Below are positions 9,896 through 18,552 of a stretch of DNA of 64,000 nucleotides, in pieces. The notes under the pieces are model-generated. The model was not told where the DNA came from. It did not search any database and saw nothing but the letters and a program-made list of their open reading frames with translations. Positions within the stretch are counted from its first letter, which is position 1. Each line of letters opens with the position of its first letter. This DNA is from Promethearchaeota archaeon (GTDB taxonomy: Archaea > Asgardarchaeota > Lokiarchaeia > Sigyniarchaeales > SOKP01): assembly GCA_019894975.1 (NCBI GenBank), contig JAGXNO010000002.1, positions 129,183 through 193,182 of the forward strand. Direction: 5' to 3'. The position numbers were made by a program, and so were the translations under genes.

Positions 9896-10667
9896 ATTTT
9901 TTTAACCATTTTAAATTTGAGTATTTTTCATTTACCAAACTCTTAGCAATATCTTCCTCTTCTTCTGAAAAAATCTTCTCTTCAAGACTTATCCCTAAAG
10001 ATTGTTGGAAACCCCGTTTCAATGAAGTTATCAACTTTTCTTCATCATAATTTTGTATATAATTTTCAATTCCAATGCATTTAGCCCTTACGGACCTTAC
10101 CATCCGAGATTTCCCCACATTTTCAGGTGCTTTTAATACAGAATACATCAAATCTGGATCTAAATCTAACAAAATGGTCCCATGTTGGAGAATATAACTC
10201 TTTTTCCTTACTTGTGCATTCCCAGAGAACTTTTTTCCGTTTAATAAAATAGCAGGACAATGTATAATATCTTTTTGAGGTGTTAAACCATAAAATGTGA
10301 GCCCTTGGATAATCCCTTGGGTGATAATCTCAAATTGTTCTATTACACTTTTAGCTCCTAAATTCTCTAAAAATTTTATAGGGCACACAACTGAATATGT
10401 AATCTCCCTTGTTTCATCATGAAAGACTGCTCCCCCCCCAGTAATTCTTCGTACAACATTAAATCCCCTTTTTATTGCAAAGTCAAGGTTAATTTCATTA
10501 TTTAAGCTTTGATTTCTCCCAATACTCGCTGTTGATGGTTTCCATTTATAAAATCTTAATGTATTTGGTGATTTCTTTACAATTGCCATTTCTAATATGG
10601 CTTCGTCTAAAGCCATATTCCAAAATCCATTTCTAATATCTAATGGTAAATAACGCCATGTATCCAT
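9888..10667 (-). CDS. Lipoate/octanoate-protein ligase catalytic domain
   Basis: NMALDEA, SIGRNQ, VRRITGGGAVFHD, KKFSGNAQ, LQHGT; no C-terminal LplB-like domain. Confidence 0.9.
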   Translation of the reverse strand: MDTWRYLPLDIRNGFWNMALDEAILEMAIVKKSPNTLRFYKWKPSTASIGRNQSLNNEINLDFAIKRGFNVVRRITGGGAVFHDETREITYSVVCPIKFLENLGAKSVIEQFEIITQGIIQGLTFYGLTPQKDIIHCPAILLNGKKFSGNAQVRKKSYILQHGTILLDLDPDLMYSVLKAPENVGKSRMVRSVRAKCIGIENYIQNYDEEKLITSLKRGFQQSLGISLEEKIFSEEEEDIAKSLVNEKYSNLKWLKKYE

Positions 10668-10684
10668 TTTTATTCAAAATTTCT

Positions 10685-11695
10685 TTAATTTACTATTTTA
10701 TACAAAACTTCAAAGATTTTTTCTTTTTCATTTTCAATTAAACTACGAGGAAAATTATAAGTAGGACCGGATGGTTTTGAAGTATAATATGGACGATTAC
10801 ATCCTGGACATCCTGATGTGAAGAATGCATTAGTATTATTGATAATATTTCTTAAATCTTGTTTGCTGATATTGATATTGATGAGAATTCCTTTCATGTT
10901 AAAAGTGAAATCTTTAAGAGTTTTTTCTTTCTCAACAATAAGATATCTCCCTAGTTGTAACTTTCTAAAACTTAAAAGAGATGGTTGAGTTTTGTATTCG
11001 AACTTTGTTCCTTTTATAGGAGTAAAAGCGAATAGTGAAACTAAAATTTTTAATTTATGTAATTCTTCAATGCGTTCAATTACATCCTTTTCTTTTTCTC
11101 CTAATCCAATTATTAGGTGAGTACTCACAAAACCATCAGAAAAAATTTCCAATGCTTCCATCAACTTATTAATATGATCATCCCATCTATACGGTCCATT
11201 TACTCCTACACCTTTGATATCATCAAAAATCTCAGGCGTTGTCCCATCCAATGCAATTCCCACTCTTTCAACTCCAATCAACTTTAACTCCTTTAAATTT
11301 TCTCGGGATGTTGGAGGAATAGCAACAGATATCGGTATATCTGTATTATTTCTAATATGAGTAATAATTTTTATTAGATCCTTTATATTTTCAGGATAAT
11401 TGAGAGTTTGTATGCAAATTCTTTCAAATTTTTGTGATGAGCGTAAATACTTTAATTTTGTTAAGAAGTCTTTAAATGAAAAGACAGGCCAGTTGACTCG
11501 TGAGAGCATTCCCTCAGACCCCTGATAAGAACGTGCTTGAGGACAAAATCCACAATTAGCTGTACAATGACCTTCTTTATGAGTCATTATGTAACACGTA
11601 GTAGGAAGGTCTTTGAATTTCACAATTGATCCTAATCTTAAAGCTGAAGCACTCCCAATAGATACTCTTATTTTTTCAATATTCACAATTCTCAC
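10685..11695 (-). CDS. lipS2: Radical SAM protein, LipS2-type subunit of two-component lipoyl synthase
   Basis: RVSIGSA, CTANCGFCPQA, LSRVNWP, HLIIGLGE, TSGCPGCNRP motif. Confidence 0.75.
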   Translation of the reverse strand: MRIVNIEKIRVSIGSASALRLGSIVKFKDLPTTCYIMTHKEGHCTANCGFCPQARSYQGSEGMLSRVNWPVFSFKDFLTKLKYLRSSQKFERICIQTLNYPENIKDLIKIITHIRNNTDIPISVAIPPTSRENLKELKLIGVERVGIALDGTTPEIFDDIKGVGVNGPYRWDDHINKLMEALEIFSDGFVSTHLIIGLGEKEKDVIERIEELHKLKILVSLFAFTPIKGTKFEYKTQPSLLSFRKLQLGRYLIVEKEKTLKDFTFNMKGILININISKQDLRNIINNTNAFFTSGCPGCNRPYYTSKPSGPTYNFPRSLIENEKEKIFEVLYKIVN

Positions 11696-11885
11696 TAGTA
11701 AAAATAGGAAATTAAGTTTTATTGCTTCGTATTATAATGTACTTATTCATAATAATTAAACCTGTTTAATGAAATATCCAGATTTCTCAACTCAAAAATT
11801 CCTACATAAAAAATTTATTGAATCAATTATTAAAATATTAAATATTTAGTCTATCCTCTAATTTTAAGAGAAGTGTTATAATTAC

Positions 11886-14675
11886 ATGGTTGAATATAAC
11901 TCCGAAGAAATCGAAAAGAAATGGCAGGAAAAGTGGGAAAAAGATAAAATTTTTGAAGTCAAGGTAGATCAAAAGAAAAAGAAATACTATGTATTAGAAA
12001 TGTATCCATATCCCTCAGGTAAACTCCATATGGGCCATCTTAGAAATTACACTATTGGAGATTGTTATGCTCGTTTTAAAAGAATGAATGGATTTAATGT
12101 AATCTACCCGATGGGTTATGATTCGTTTGGAATGCCGGCAGAAAATGCAGCGATAGATCACGGCATTAATCCAGAAGAGTGGACTGAAAAAAATATAGAT
12201 ACAATGATGAATCAGCAAAAAAGGATCGGTCTTTCATATGATTGGACAAGAGAGATATATAGTCATAATCCCAATTTTTATAAATGGGATCAGTGGTTTT
12301 TCTTACAAATGTTAGAAAAGAATTTAGCTTACAAACAAGAAAGTTATGTCAATTGGTGTCCAAAATGCGCTACTGTCATAGCTAACGAGCAGGCTCAGGG
12401 AGGAAAATGTTGGAGGTGCAATTCAGTTGTCGATCAAAAATTTTTAACACAGTGGTTCCTAAAAATTAGAGATTATGCGGAAGAATTACTCCAAGGATTA
12501 GATATTGTTGATTGGCCAGACAAAGTAAAAATAATGCAACGCAATTGGATTGGAAAATCGGAGGGAACAATTATAAAATTTCCGATTGTCGGAGAAAAAA
12601 GAACGGTTGATATTTTTACAACGAGACCTGATACACTCTTTGGTGTAACTTTTATGGTTTTTGCTCCAGAACATCCTTGGGTTCGTGAATGGGTAACTGG
12701 AACAGAATATGAAGAGGATTTCAAAATTTTATATGAAGAGGTAATGCATCAAGATAGGTTTGAAAGAACAGACATTGAGATTAAAAAGAAAGGCATGTTT
12801 ATAGGTAAACATGCAATTAATCCAATAAATAATGAAGAAGTACCTATTTACATCGGAAATTTCGTCATTTATGAATATGGTGCTGGTGCTGTTATGGCAG
12901 TGCCCGGTCATGACCAAAGGGATTTTGAGTTTGCGAAGGAATATAACATCCCGATTAAAATTGTGATTCAACCATATGATTACGAAATAAATGAAACTAA
13001 AATGACTCGTGCTTATGAAAGCGATGGTATTCTTGCAAATTCAGAAGAATTTAATGGGATGGAAAATCGATCAGCTATTAATGCAGTAACTGAAAAACTA
13101 AATCAGAATGATATGGGGCATGCTACTATAAATTATAAGCTTAGAGATTGGGGAATTTCTAGACAACGTTATTGGGGTTGTCCAATTCCAGTAATATATT
13201 GCAAAAAATGTGGAATGGTACCTGTACCTTATAATGATTTGCCCGTATTTTTACCAAAAGATGTTTCTTTTGATGGAATAGGTAACCCCTTACAAACAAG
13301 TAAAAGTTTTGTAAATACAAGATGTCCGAAATGTGGTAACGATGCTAAACGTGAAACTGATACTATGGATACATTTGTTGATAGTTCTTGGTATTTCTTT
13401 GCCTTTTGTGATCCCCCCTCTGTTGAAGCAAAAATTCCATATAATAAAGATATCGTAAATTATTGGGGGAATGTAGATCAGTATATTGGAGGTATAGAGC
13501 ATGCAATAATGCACTTAATTTATGCTAGATTTTTTACAAAAGTAACTAGAGATTTAGGATTACATAAATTTGATGAACCTTTTCAATCTTTGCTAACCCA
13601 AGGAATGATAAATAAAGTCCATCCATTTTGTCCTAACTGTAATGCTTTCCTTATGGAAGCTGATTTAGAAAAAATGAAGTGTAAAATATGTGGTAATACG
13701 GATCTTATCCAAAAATCTGTAAAAATGAGTAAGAGTTATGGAAATACTGTTGATCCTGGAGAAATTATCGAAAAATATGGTGCAGACGCAGCAAGATTTT
13801 TTATATTATTTGGAGCAAGCCCATCATCAGGATTAGAGTGGTCTGAAGAAGGGGTCGACTATGCTTATAGGTTCATAAAGAATACCTTTATCTTAGTTTC
13901 TGAACCTCCAGAAATTATAAGAGAGGAGCTAAATGTAAGAGATACATTAGTTCAGTATTATATGAATAAGACTATTAAAGAATTTACAGAAAACATGAAG
14001 GATCTCGCAATAAGGAATGCTGTGAATAATGTTATCCAATTTGCTTCAGAACTCGGGAAATATAAAAATGAAGGCGTGAATAAAGAAATCTATAAAGATT
14101 GTTTGGAAAAGTTAACATTATTACTTCATCCTATAGCTCCTCATATGACTGAGGAAATTTGGGAAAGTTTTGGGAAAAAGGGATATTTGAGTCTTGCAAC
14201 TTGGCCATCCTATAACAAAGATCTACTAAGTGAAGAATCAGATTTCAAATGGAAATTAATGAACAGTATATTAGAAGATATAAATAATATAAGGACTATA
14301 GTAAAAAAAGAAACTATTGAATCTATTTCCCTTATAATCGCTGATAGTTGGAAATTGAAGTTTTATAATACTTTAATGAAAATCCTTGAAGAAACTATAA
14401 ACCAAGGAGAAGTAATGAAACAGCTAATGAAAGATAATGAATTCAAAAAACATAGCTCTCAAATAGGTAAAATTGTCAGTATAATCTTACGAAATATTGG
14501 GAAATATCCTAAATATACACTGTCTTCAAATGAAGAATATCAATTTTTCAGTGAAATTAAACCAATAATTGAAAGAAAGTTTAAATGTCAAGTTGAGGTC
14601 ACTTTTGAGAAAGACTCAAAAGAACAAAAAGCTACCCAATCACTCCCTGGTAAACCGGCTATAGTAATTATATAA
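11886..14675 (+). CDS. leuS: Leucine--tRNA ligase
   Basis: EMYPYPSGKLHMGH (HIGH), FTTRPDTLFG editing domain, ISRQRYWGCPIP, GGIEHA, KMSKS. Confidence 0.97.
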   Translation: MVEYNSEEIEKKWQEKWEKDKIFEVKVDQKKKKYYVLEMYPYPSGKLHMGHLRNYTIGDCYARFKRMNGFNVIYPMGYDSFGMPAENAAIDHGINPEEWTEKNIDTMMNQQKRIGLSYDWTREIYSHNPNFYKWDQWFFLQMLEKNLAYKQESYVNWCPKCATVIANEQAQGGKCWRCNSVVDQKFLTQWFLKIRDYAEELLQGLDIVDWPDKVKIMQRNWIGKSEGTIIKFPIVGEKRTVDIFTTRPDTLFGVTFMVFAPEHPWVREWVTGTEYEEDFKILYEEVMHQDRFERTDIEIKKKGMFIGKHAINPINNEEVPIYIGNFVIYEYGAGAVMAVPGHDQRDFEFAKEYNIPIKIVIQPYDYEINETKMTRAYESDGILANSEEFNGMENRSAINAVTEKLNQNDMGHATINYKLRDWGISRQRYWGCPIPVIYCKKCGMVPVPYNDLPVFLPKDVSFDGIGNPLQTSKSFVNTRCPKCGNDAKRETDTMDTFVDSSWYFFAFCDPPSVEAKIPYNKDIVNYWGNVDQYIGGIEHAIMHLIYARFFTKVTRDLGLHKFDEPFQSLLTQGMINKVHPFCPNCNAFLMEADLEKMKCKICGNTDLIQKSVKMSKSYGNTVDPGEIIEKYGADAARFFILFGASPSSGLEWSEEGVDYAYRFIKNTFILVSEPPEIIREELNVRDTLVQYYMNKTIKEFTENMKDLAIRNAVNNVIQFASELGKYKNEGVNKEIYKDCLEKLTLLLHPIAPHMTEEIWESFGKKGYLSLATWPSYNKDLLSEESDFKWKLMNSILEDINNIRTIVKKETIESISLIIADSWKLKFYNTLMKILEETINQGEVMKQLMKDNEFKKHSSQIGKIVSIILRNIGKYPKYTLSSNEEYQFFSEIKPIIERKFKCQVEVTFEKDSKEQKATQSLPGKPAIVII

Positions 14676-14823
14676 TAATACTTTATTTCTCGGTACTAAT
14701 TTGTTTTCAGGTGTATTTTATTAATTTAAGATTAAACAAATTATTTTTATACCTAAAACATTAAATCAAATTAAATATGGGTTTAATTAAATCTAAGCAA
14801 AATTATATGGTGTCGGTATACAC

Positions 14824-15693
14824 ATGACAATATATGAACTTAGTATCATTTCAACGACAGGTTTCCCATATTATAATGCTGTAATTAATCCCGTACCTGA
14901 AGGTGTAAAAATTTTCCTTAGATTTTTTGATTTCTCTAAAGATAAATCTTTACTTCATGATCAATTAGATCCTGATTCAAAATTCGATCTAACTGCAGGG
15001 TTAATATCAGCATTATTTGAATTTGCAAGAAACATCGATAAAAAAATTGAAAGATTAGAATTTAAAGCAAAAAAAGCAAATGAAGCACCTAAAAAAAGTA
15101 AAAATGAGAACCCATTTGAAGGAGATGTGTTAATTACCACCCAGACTGAATCTTTTTTATTACATAAATCGGTAAAAGAAAAGATAAAACTAATCTATAA
15201 TAACTTTATTAACATTAAAACCCCCCTTGACTCTGCGGATTCAATAATAGAAAATGAAGAAAAGAGAATAATTGATATCTTAACTGATTCCAAAGCAAGA
15301 AAGCATATTACAGACCATCAAAGTGAAATTAAACGTGCAGCAAATGGTTTCTTAAGCGAAATGAAAGAATACGGGTTATGGGGTATATGTTTAACATCTT
15401 TCGATCTCTCTCCAATTATTGCTTACGGCAAGAAATATTCTCTAATTGATATTAATGAAATCTTAAGACGCATTGGGTTTATACCAGATATTATTCCCTT
15501 AGAGTGGATTTATAGAACTTCATTTCTCTCTGATAAACAAATTCAAGTGTGTATTATAAAATCAGGTGTAGGAATTACAGTTGAAGAATCTCTATTTGAA
15601 CCATATTTTTATCTGCTTTTTGCAGATCCACAAAGTTATTTTGGGGAATTCCCAGAAAAATTAACAATCGCATTTAACAACATACTAGGATGA
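14824..15693 (+). CDS. Hypothetical protein with longin-like N-terminal and roadblock/profilin-like C-terminal domain
   Basis: YELSIISTTGFPYY ... LTAGLISALFEFARNI ... IERLEF longin-like pattern; WGICLTSFDLSPI roadblock-like pattern; fold call is by eye. Confidence 0.5.
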   Translation: MTIYELSIISTTGFPYYNAVINPVPEGVKIFLRFFDFSKDKSLLHDQLDPDSKFDLTAGLISALFEFARNIDKKIERLEFKAKKANEAPKKSKNENPFEGDVLITTQTESFLLHKSVKEKIKLIYNNFINIKTPLDSADSIIENEEKRIIDILTDSKARKHITDHQSEIKRAANGFLSEMKEYGLWGICLTSFDLSPIIAYGKKYSLIDINEILRRIGFIPDIIPLEWIYRTSFLSDKQIQVCIIKSGVGITVEESLFEPYFYLLFADPQSYFGEFPEKLTIAFNNILG

Positions 15694-15764
15694 AATTAAT
15701 TCATTCTTAAGTCAATAGAAAATTTGACTATATTTTGGTTAAATTTAGTTCTAAAAATAATGTT

Positions 15765-16535
15765 CTAATTAATTGTCTTTTCAGCAGCATTTATTATATG
15801 AGCTAATGAATCTGCTTGAAGTGAAGCACCTCCTACCAAACCACCGTCAATATTCGCTTTTCTAAATAGATCTTCAGCATTGGTAGGTTTAATCGATCCA
15901 CCATATTGAATCCTTATCGAGTTGGCTGCTTCCTTATCAAATTTTTGTCTTAAAGTTTCGCGTATGTAAATATGAATTTCCTCGGCTTGTTCTGGAGTAG
16001 CTGTTTTCCCTGTACCTATTGCCCAAATTGGTTCGTATGCAATCACTGTCTTTATAATCTCTTCTTTATCAAGATCCTTAAAAGTTCCATCTATTTGAGA
16101 TTTAATTACCTCTTTAGTTCTACCAGATTCTCTTTCTTCTAAATGTTCCCCAATACAAACTATAGGTTTTAAACCAACCTGCAAGGCTTTCTTTAATTTT
16201 CTATTAATCAAATCATCTGATTCATTGAAAATATTTCTTCTTTCGCTGTGCCCTAGAATCACATATTCCACACCTATTTCTTTTAAAAAATTTGGTGAAA
16301 TTTCCCCTGTAAATGCACCAGTTTCTTCATAATACATGTTTTGAGCTCCGAGTTTTATGTTAGTCTTCTTTACAATATTAAAAGTCTCTATTAAACTAGT
16401 AAATGGAGGAGCGATCATAACCTCAACATTATCACTCTTTTTTATTAAAGGAATTAATGCTTTAAGCATCTCCTTAGATTCATTTGGGGTACCTCTATTC
16501 ATTTTCCAATTTCCCCCAATTATTGGTATTCTCAT
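15765..16535 (-). CDS. tpiA: Triosephosphate isomerase, bacterial/eukaryotic type
   Basis: GNWKMN, GAFTGEIS, GHSERR, AYEPIWAIGTG, YGGS, LVGGASL. Confidence 0.97.
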   Translation of the reverse strand: MRIPIIGGNWKMNRGTPNESKEMLKALIPLIKKSDNVEVMIAPPFTSLIETFNIVKKTNIKLGAQNMYYEETGAFTGEISPNFLKEIGVEYVILGHSERRNIFNESDDLINRKLKKALQVGLKPIVCIGEHLEERESGRTKEVIKSQIDGTFKDLDKEEIIKTVIAYEPIWAIGTGKTATPEQAEEIHIYIRETLRQKFDKEAANSIRIQYGGSIKPTNAEDLFRKANIDGGLVGGASLQADSLAHIINAAEKTIN

Positions 16536-16660
16536 TTTAATGTGCCTTAAATCTTATTTAAGTAGTATAATTTATGGATATAATTCAATTAAGGTTTAGA
16601 AACTATAAATTTCTAACGTAAAATGCAAAAAAAATAAAATCAAAAAGAAGAGAAATAACC

Positions 16661-17164
16661 TTACTCCGCTTTTGGGAGTTTTTCAGGTAAATGTGTTGCT
16701 TCTAAAAGCTTTTTTACTTCTTCTATATCGGGGGCCATTATTGCAGGCAAACCTAATTGAGTGCGTCTCCTTTCTATAGCAGGTTGCATTGGGATTGCTT
16801 TACCATGTTCCAAAACAGTCGATGCTTGACCTGTATAATGAGCTGGTGCTTCTCCTCGTTCTACACTCATATTTTTTAATAGTGTAAAAATCTCAGTAAG
16901 TTCGACTTTTTGAGGGCATACCTCGTCACAAGTATCACATACAGTACATCCCCAAATATTAAAAGCATTTTCTGGTCCAAATATTTTTTCTTTTAATCCT
17001 AATAAAGCATCAAGAATCAATCTTCTCGGATTATATCTACCCTCTGTTACTTGTGCCACAGGGCACGCACCACTACATGTAGCACACTGGTAACAATATG
17101 CTAGCGTATTACCAATATCATGACTAAGGATTTGGTTTCTGAATTCAAAATCTATAGTTGCCAT
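16661..17164 (-). CDS. hdrC: Heterodisulfide reductase subunit C-like 2x[4Fe-4S] protein
   Basis: CYQCATCSGACP and WGCTVCDTCDEVCP, NPRRLI, R..LGLP C-terminal motif. Confidence 0.8.
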   Translation of the reverse strand: MATIDFEFRNQILSHDIGNTLAYCYQCATCSGACPVAQVTEGRYNPRRLILDALLGLKEKIFGPENAFNIWGCTVCDTCDEVCPQKVELTEIFTLLKNMSVERGEAPAHYTGQASTVLEHGKAIPMQPAIERRRTQLGLPAIMAPDIEEVKKLLEATHLPEKLPKAE

Positions 17165-17405
17165 ATCAATAATTCAGTTTATCTTAATATTAGGTAGTAT
17201 AACTCATTGTCGATTTTAAAATTATTTCTTTTAATTTTCAATTTTTAAATTAGATATTATTATACAATTCAAAATTCTTTAAGTTAGGCAATACATGTTT
17301 AAATTTTTAAATTGTAAATGAAATTAATAAAAGCGATTAAATATTTGATCTCCCAATAAAATACAACATAAACAAATTAGCTAAATACTCAAAAATGTAA
17401 TTATT

Positions 17406-17762
17406 ATGACAAATATCGAAGAATTAAAAGAATTTGGACTCGATGTCCCCGATACCATGAAAGAAGGTAAGGTTATACTCGATGTCTATACAACTTGGTG
17501 CGGGCCTTGTAAATTCCTTAGCCCAATTCTGGAAAAACTAAAGATTGAGGGTTTAATCAAACTAATAAAAGAGGACCTTGACAAGAATAGACCTCTAGGC
17601 GAACGATTCAATGTTACCGCTATTCCCACCTTAATTTTCTTCAATAATGGTGAACTCTTGAACCACCCAATAGAGGTACAAGGCCAAATGTTGGTGAAAA
17701 ATGGATTGATGGTTGGGGCCGCCGGCGAAACCGTCCTTCGGGAAATAGTAGCCGCAATGTAA
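17406..17762 (+). CDS. trxA: Thioredoxin
   Basis: WCGPC active site, AIPTLIFFNNG cis-Pro motif. Confidence 0.88.
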   Translation: MTNIEELKEFGLDVPDTMKEGKVILDVYTTWCGPCKFLSPILEKLKIEGLIKLIKEDLDKNRPLGERFNVTAIPTLIFFNNGELLNHPIEVQGQMLVKNGLMVGAAGETVLREIVAAM

Positions 17763-17823
17763 TATCTAATAAAATAGGACGATTTTTTTATAAATTCATC
17801 TGATTAAGCACACATCTTTGATG

Positions 17824-17842
17824 GGATTTCTTAATGAAATCC
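17824..17842. terminator. Perfect 7-bp inverted repeat GGATTTC-ttaat-GAAATCC downstream of thioredoxin (terminator hairpin or protein-binding site)
   Basis: Read directly; T-rich tract follows at about 17848-17862. Confidence 0.3.
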
Positions 17843-18037
17843 AAAAATTCTTTTTCTTTATTAAATAATTTCAATATTAATCTGAGAAAAATGCAAATTT
17901 AGATAATCCTCATAAAAACGAATTATCTGATTATACATTTGACAATCATACAAATAATCTATTAATTGAATTAAAAATTTTTTATTTAATGAAATTTTTT
18001 CAATACTAAACTTAATTTAAGAAAGTAAAATAGGACT

Positions 18038-18550
18038 ATGAATTTTTCGAGGAAAGAATTAATAGAATCAGATGCAACAATGAACCAGATGAGAAATGCC
18101 ATTTATGAGTTAGCTCGTATTATGGAGAAAAATGGAATATCAGATTTAAAAAACAAATTACGCGGGATGGGAAAAGAAATGGGTAAAACTTTTCCTAACT
18201 ATTGGAAACCAACTGAGACAGTTACCTTGTCTAATATAAAGGATGTAATTACTACCATTTATCAAAAAATTTTGAATAGTTCTATTTCGATTGAGATAGA
18301 TGAATCGAAGAATATAATAAAAGTGCGAGATCAAAATTGCGCTCTTTGTAAATATCATTATGATGATATAGAAATTGCCGGATGTGAAATTATTATAGGA
18401 ATGGTTTCTGAGATTATTTCTCATATAAGTAAAGAATCTAATGATGCTTCAGAGTTTTCTTTCGAACCATTTGAAATTTTAGAATCTCGAGCATTTGGAA
18501 ATAAAACATGTATTCAAGTATATAAATATAAAGTAAAAATGAGGGGCTAA
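18038..18550 (+). CDS. V4R/Bet3(TRAPP)-like fold protein
   Basis: LRGMGKEMG helix, CALC, GCEIIIGMV, ESRAFGNKTC V4R-type Cys pattern. Confidence 0.65.
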   Translation: MNFSRKELIESDATMNQMRNAIYELARIMEKNGISDLKNKLRGMGKEMGKTFPNYWKPTETVTLSNIKDVITTIYQKILNSSISIEIDESKNIIKVRDQNCALCKYHYDDIEIAGCEIIIGMVSEIISHISKESNDASEFSFEPFEILESRAFGNKTCIQVYKYKVKMRG

Positions 18551-18552
18551 AA

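Noticed and set aside
8840-11695. Radical SAM genes as biotin synthase or CofG/CofH
   Set aside because: GCMR/CC and TSGCPGCNRP motifs plus the intervening lipoate ligase fit LipS1/LipS2 better
16661-17164. Evidence of methanogenesis from HdrC and F420 genes
   Set aside because: No mcr/mtr genes here; Hdr-like and F420 genes are common in non-methanogens
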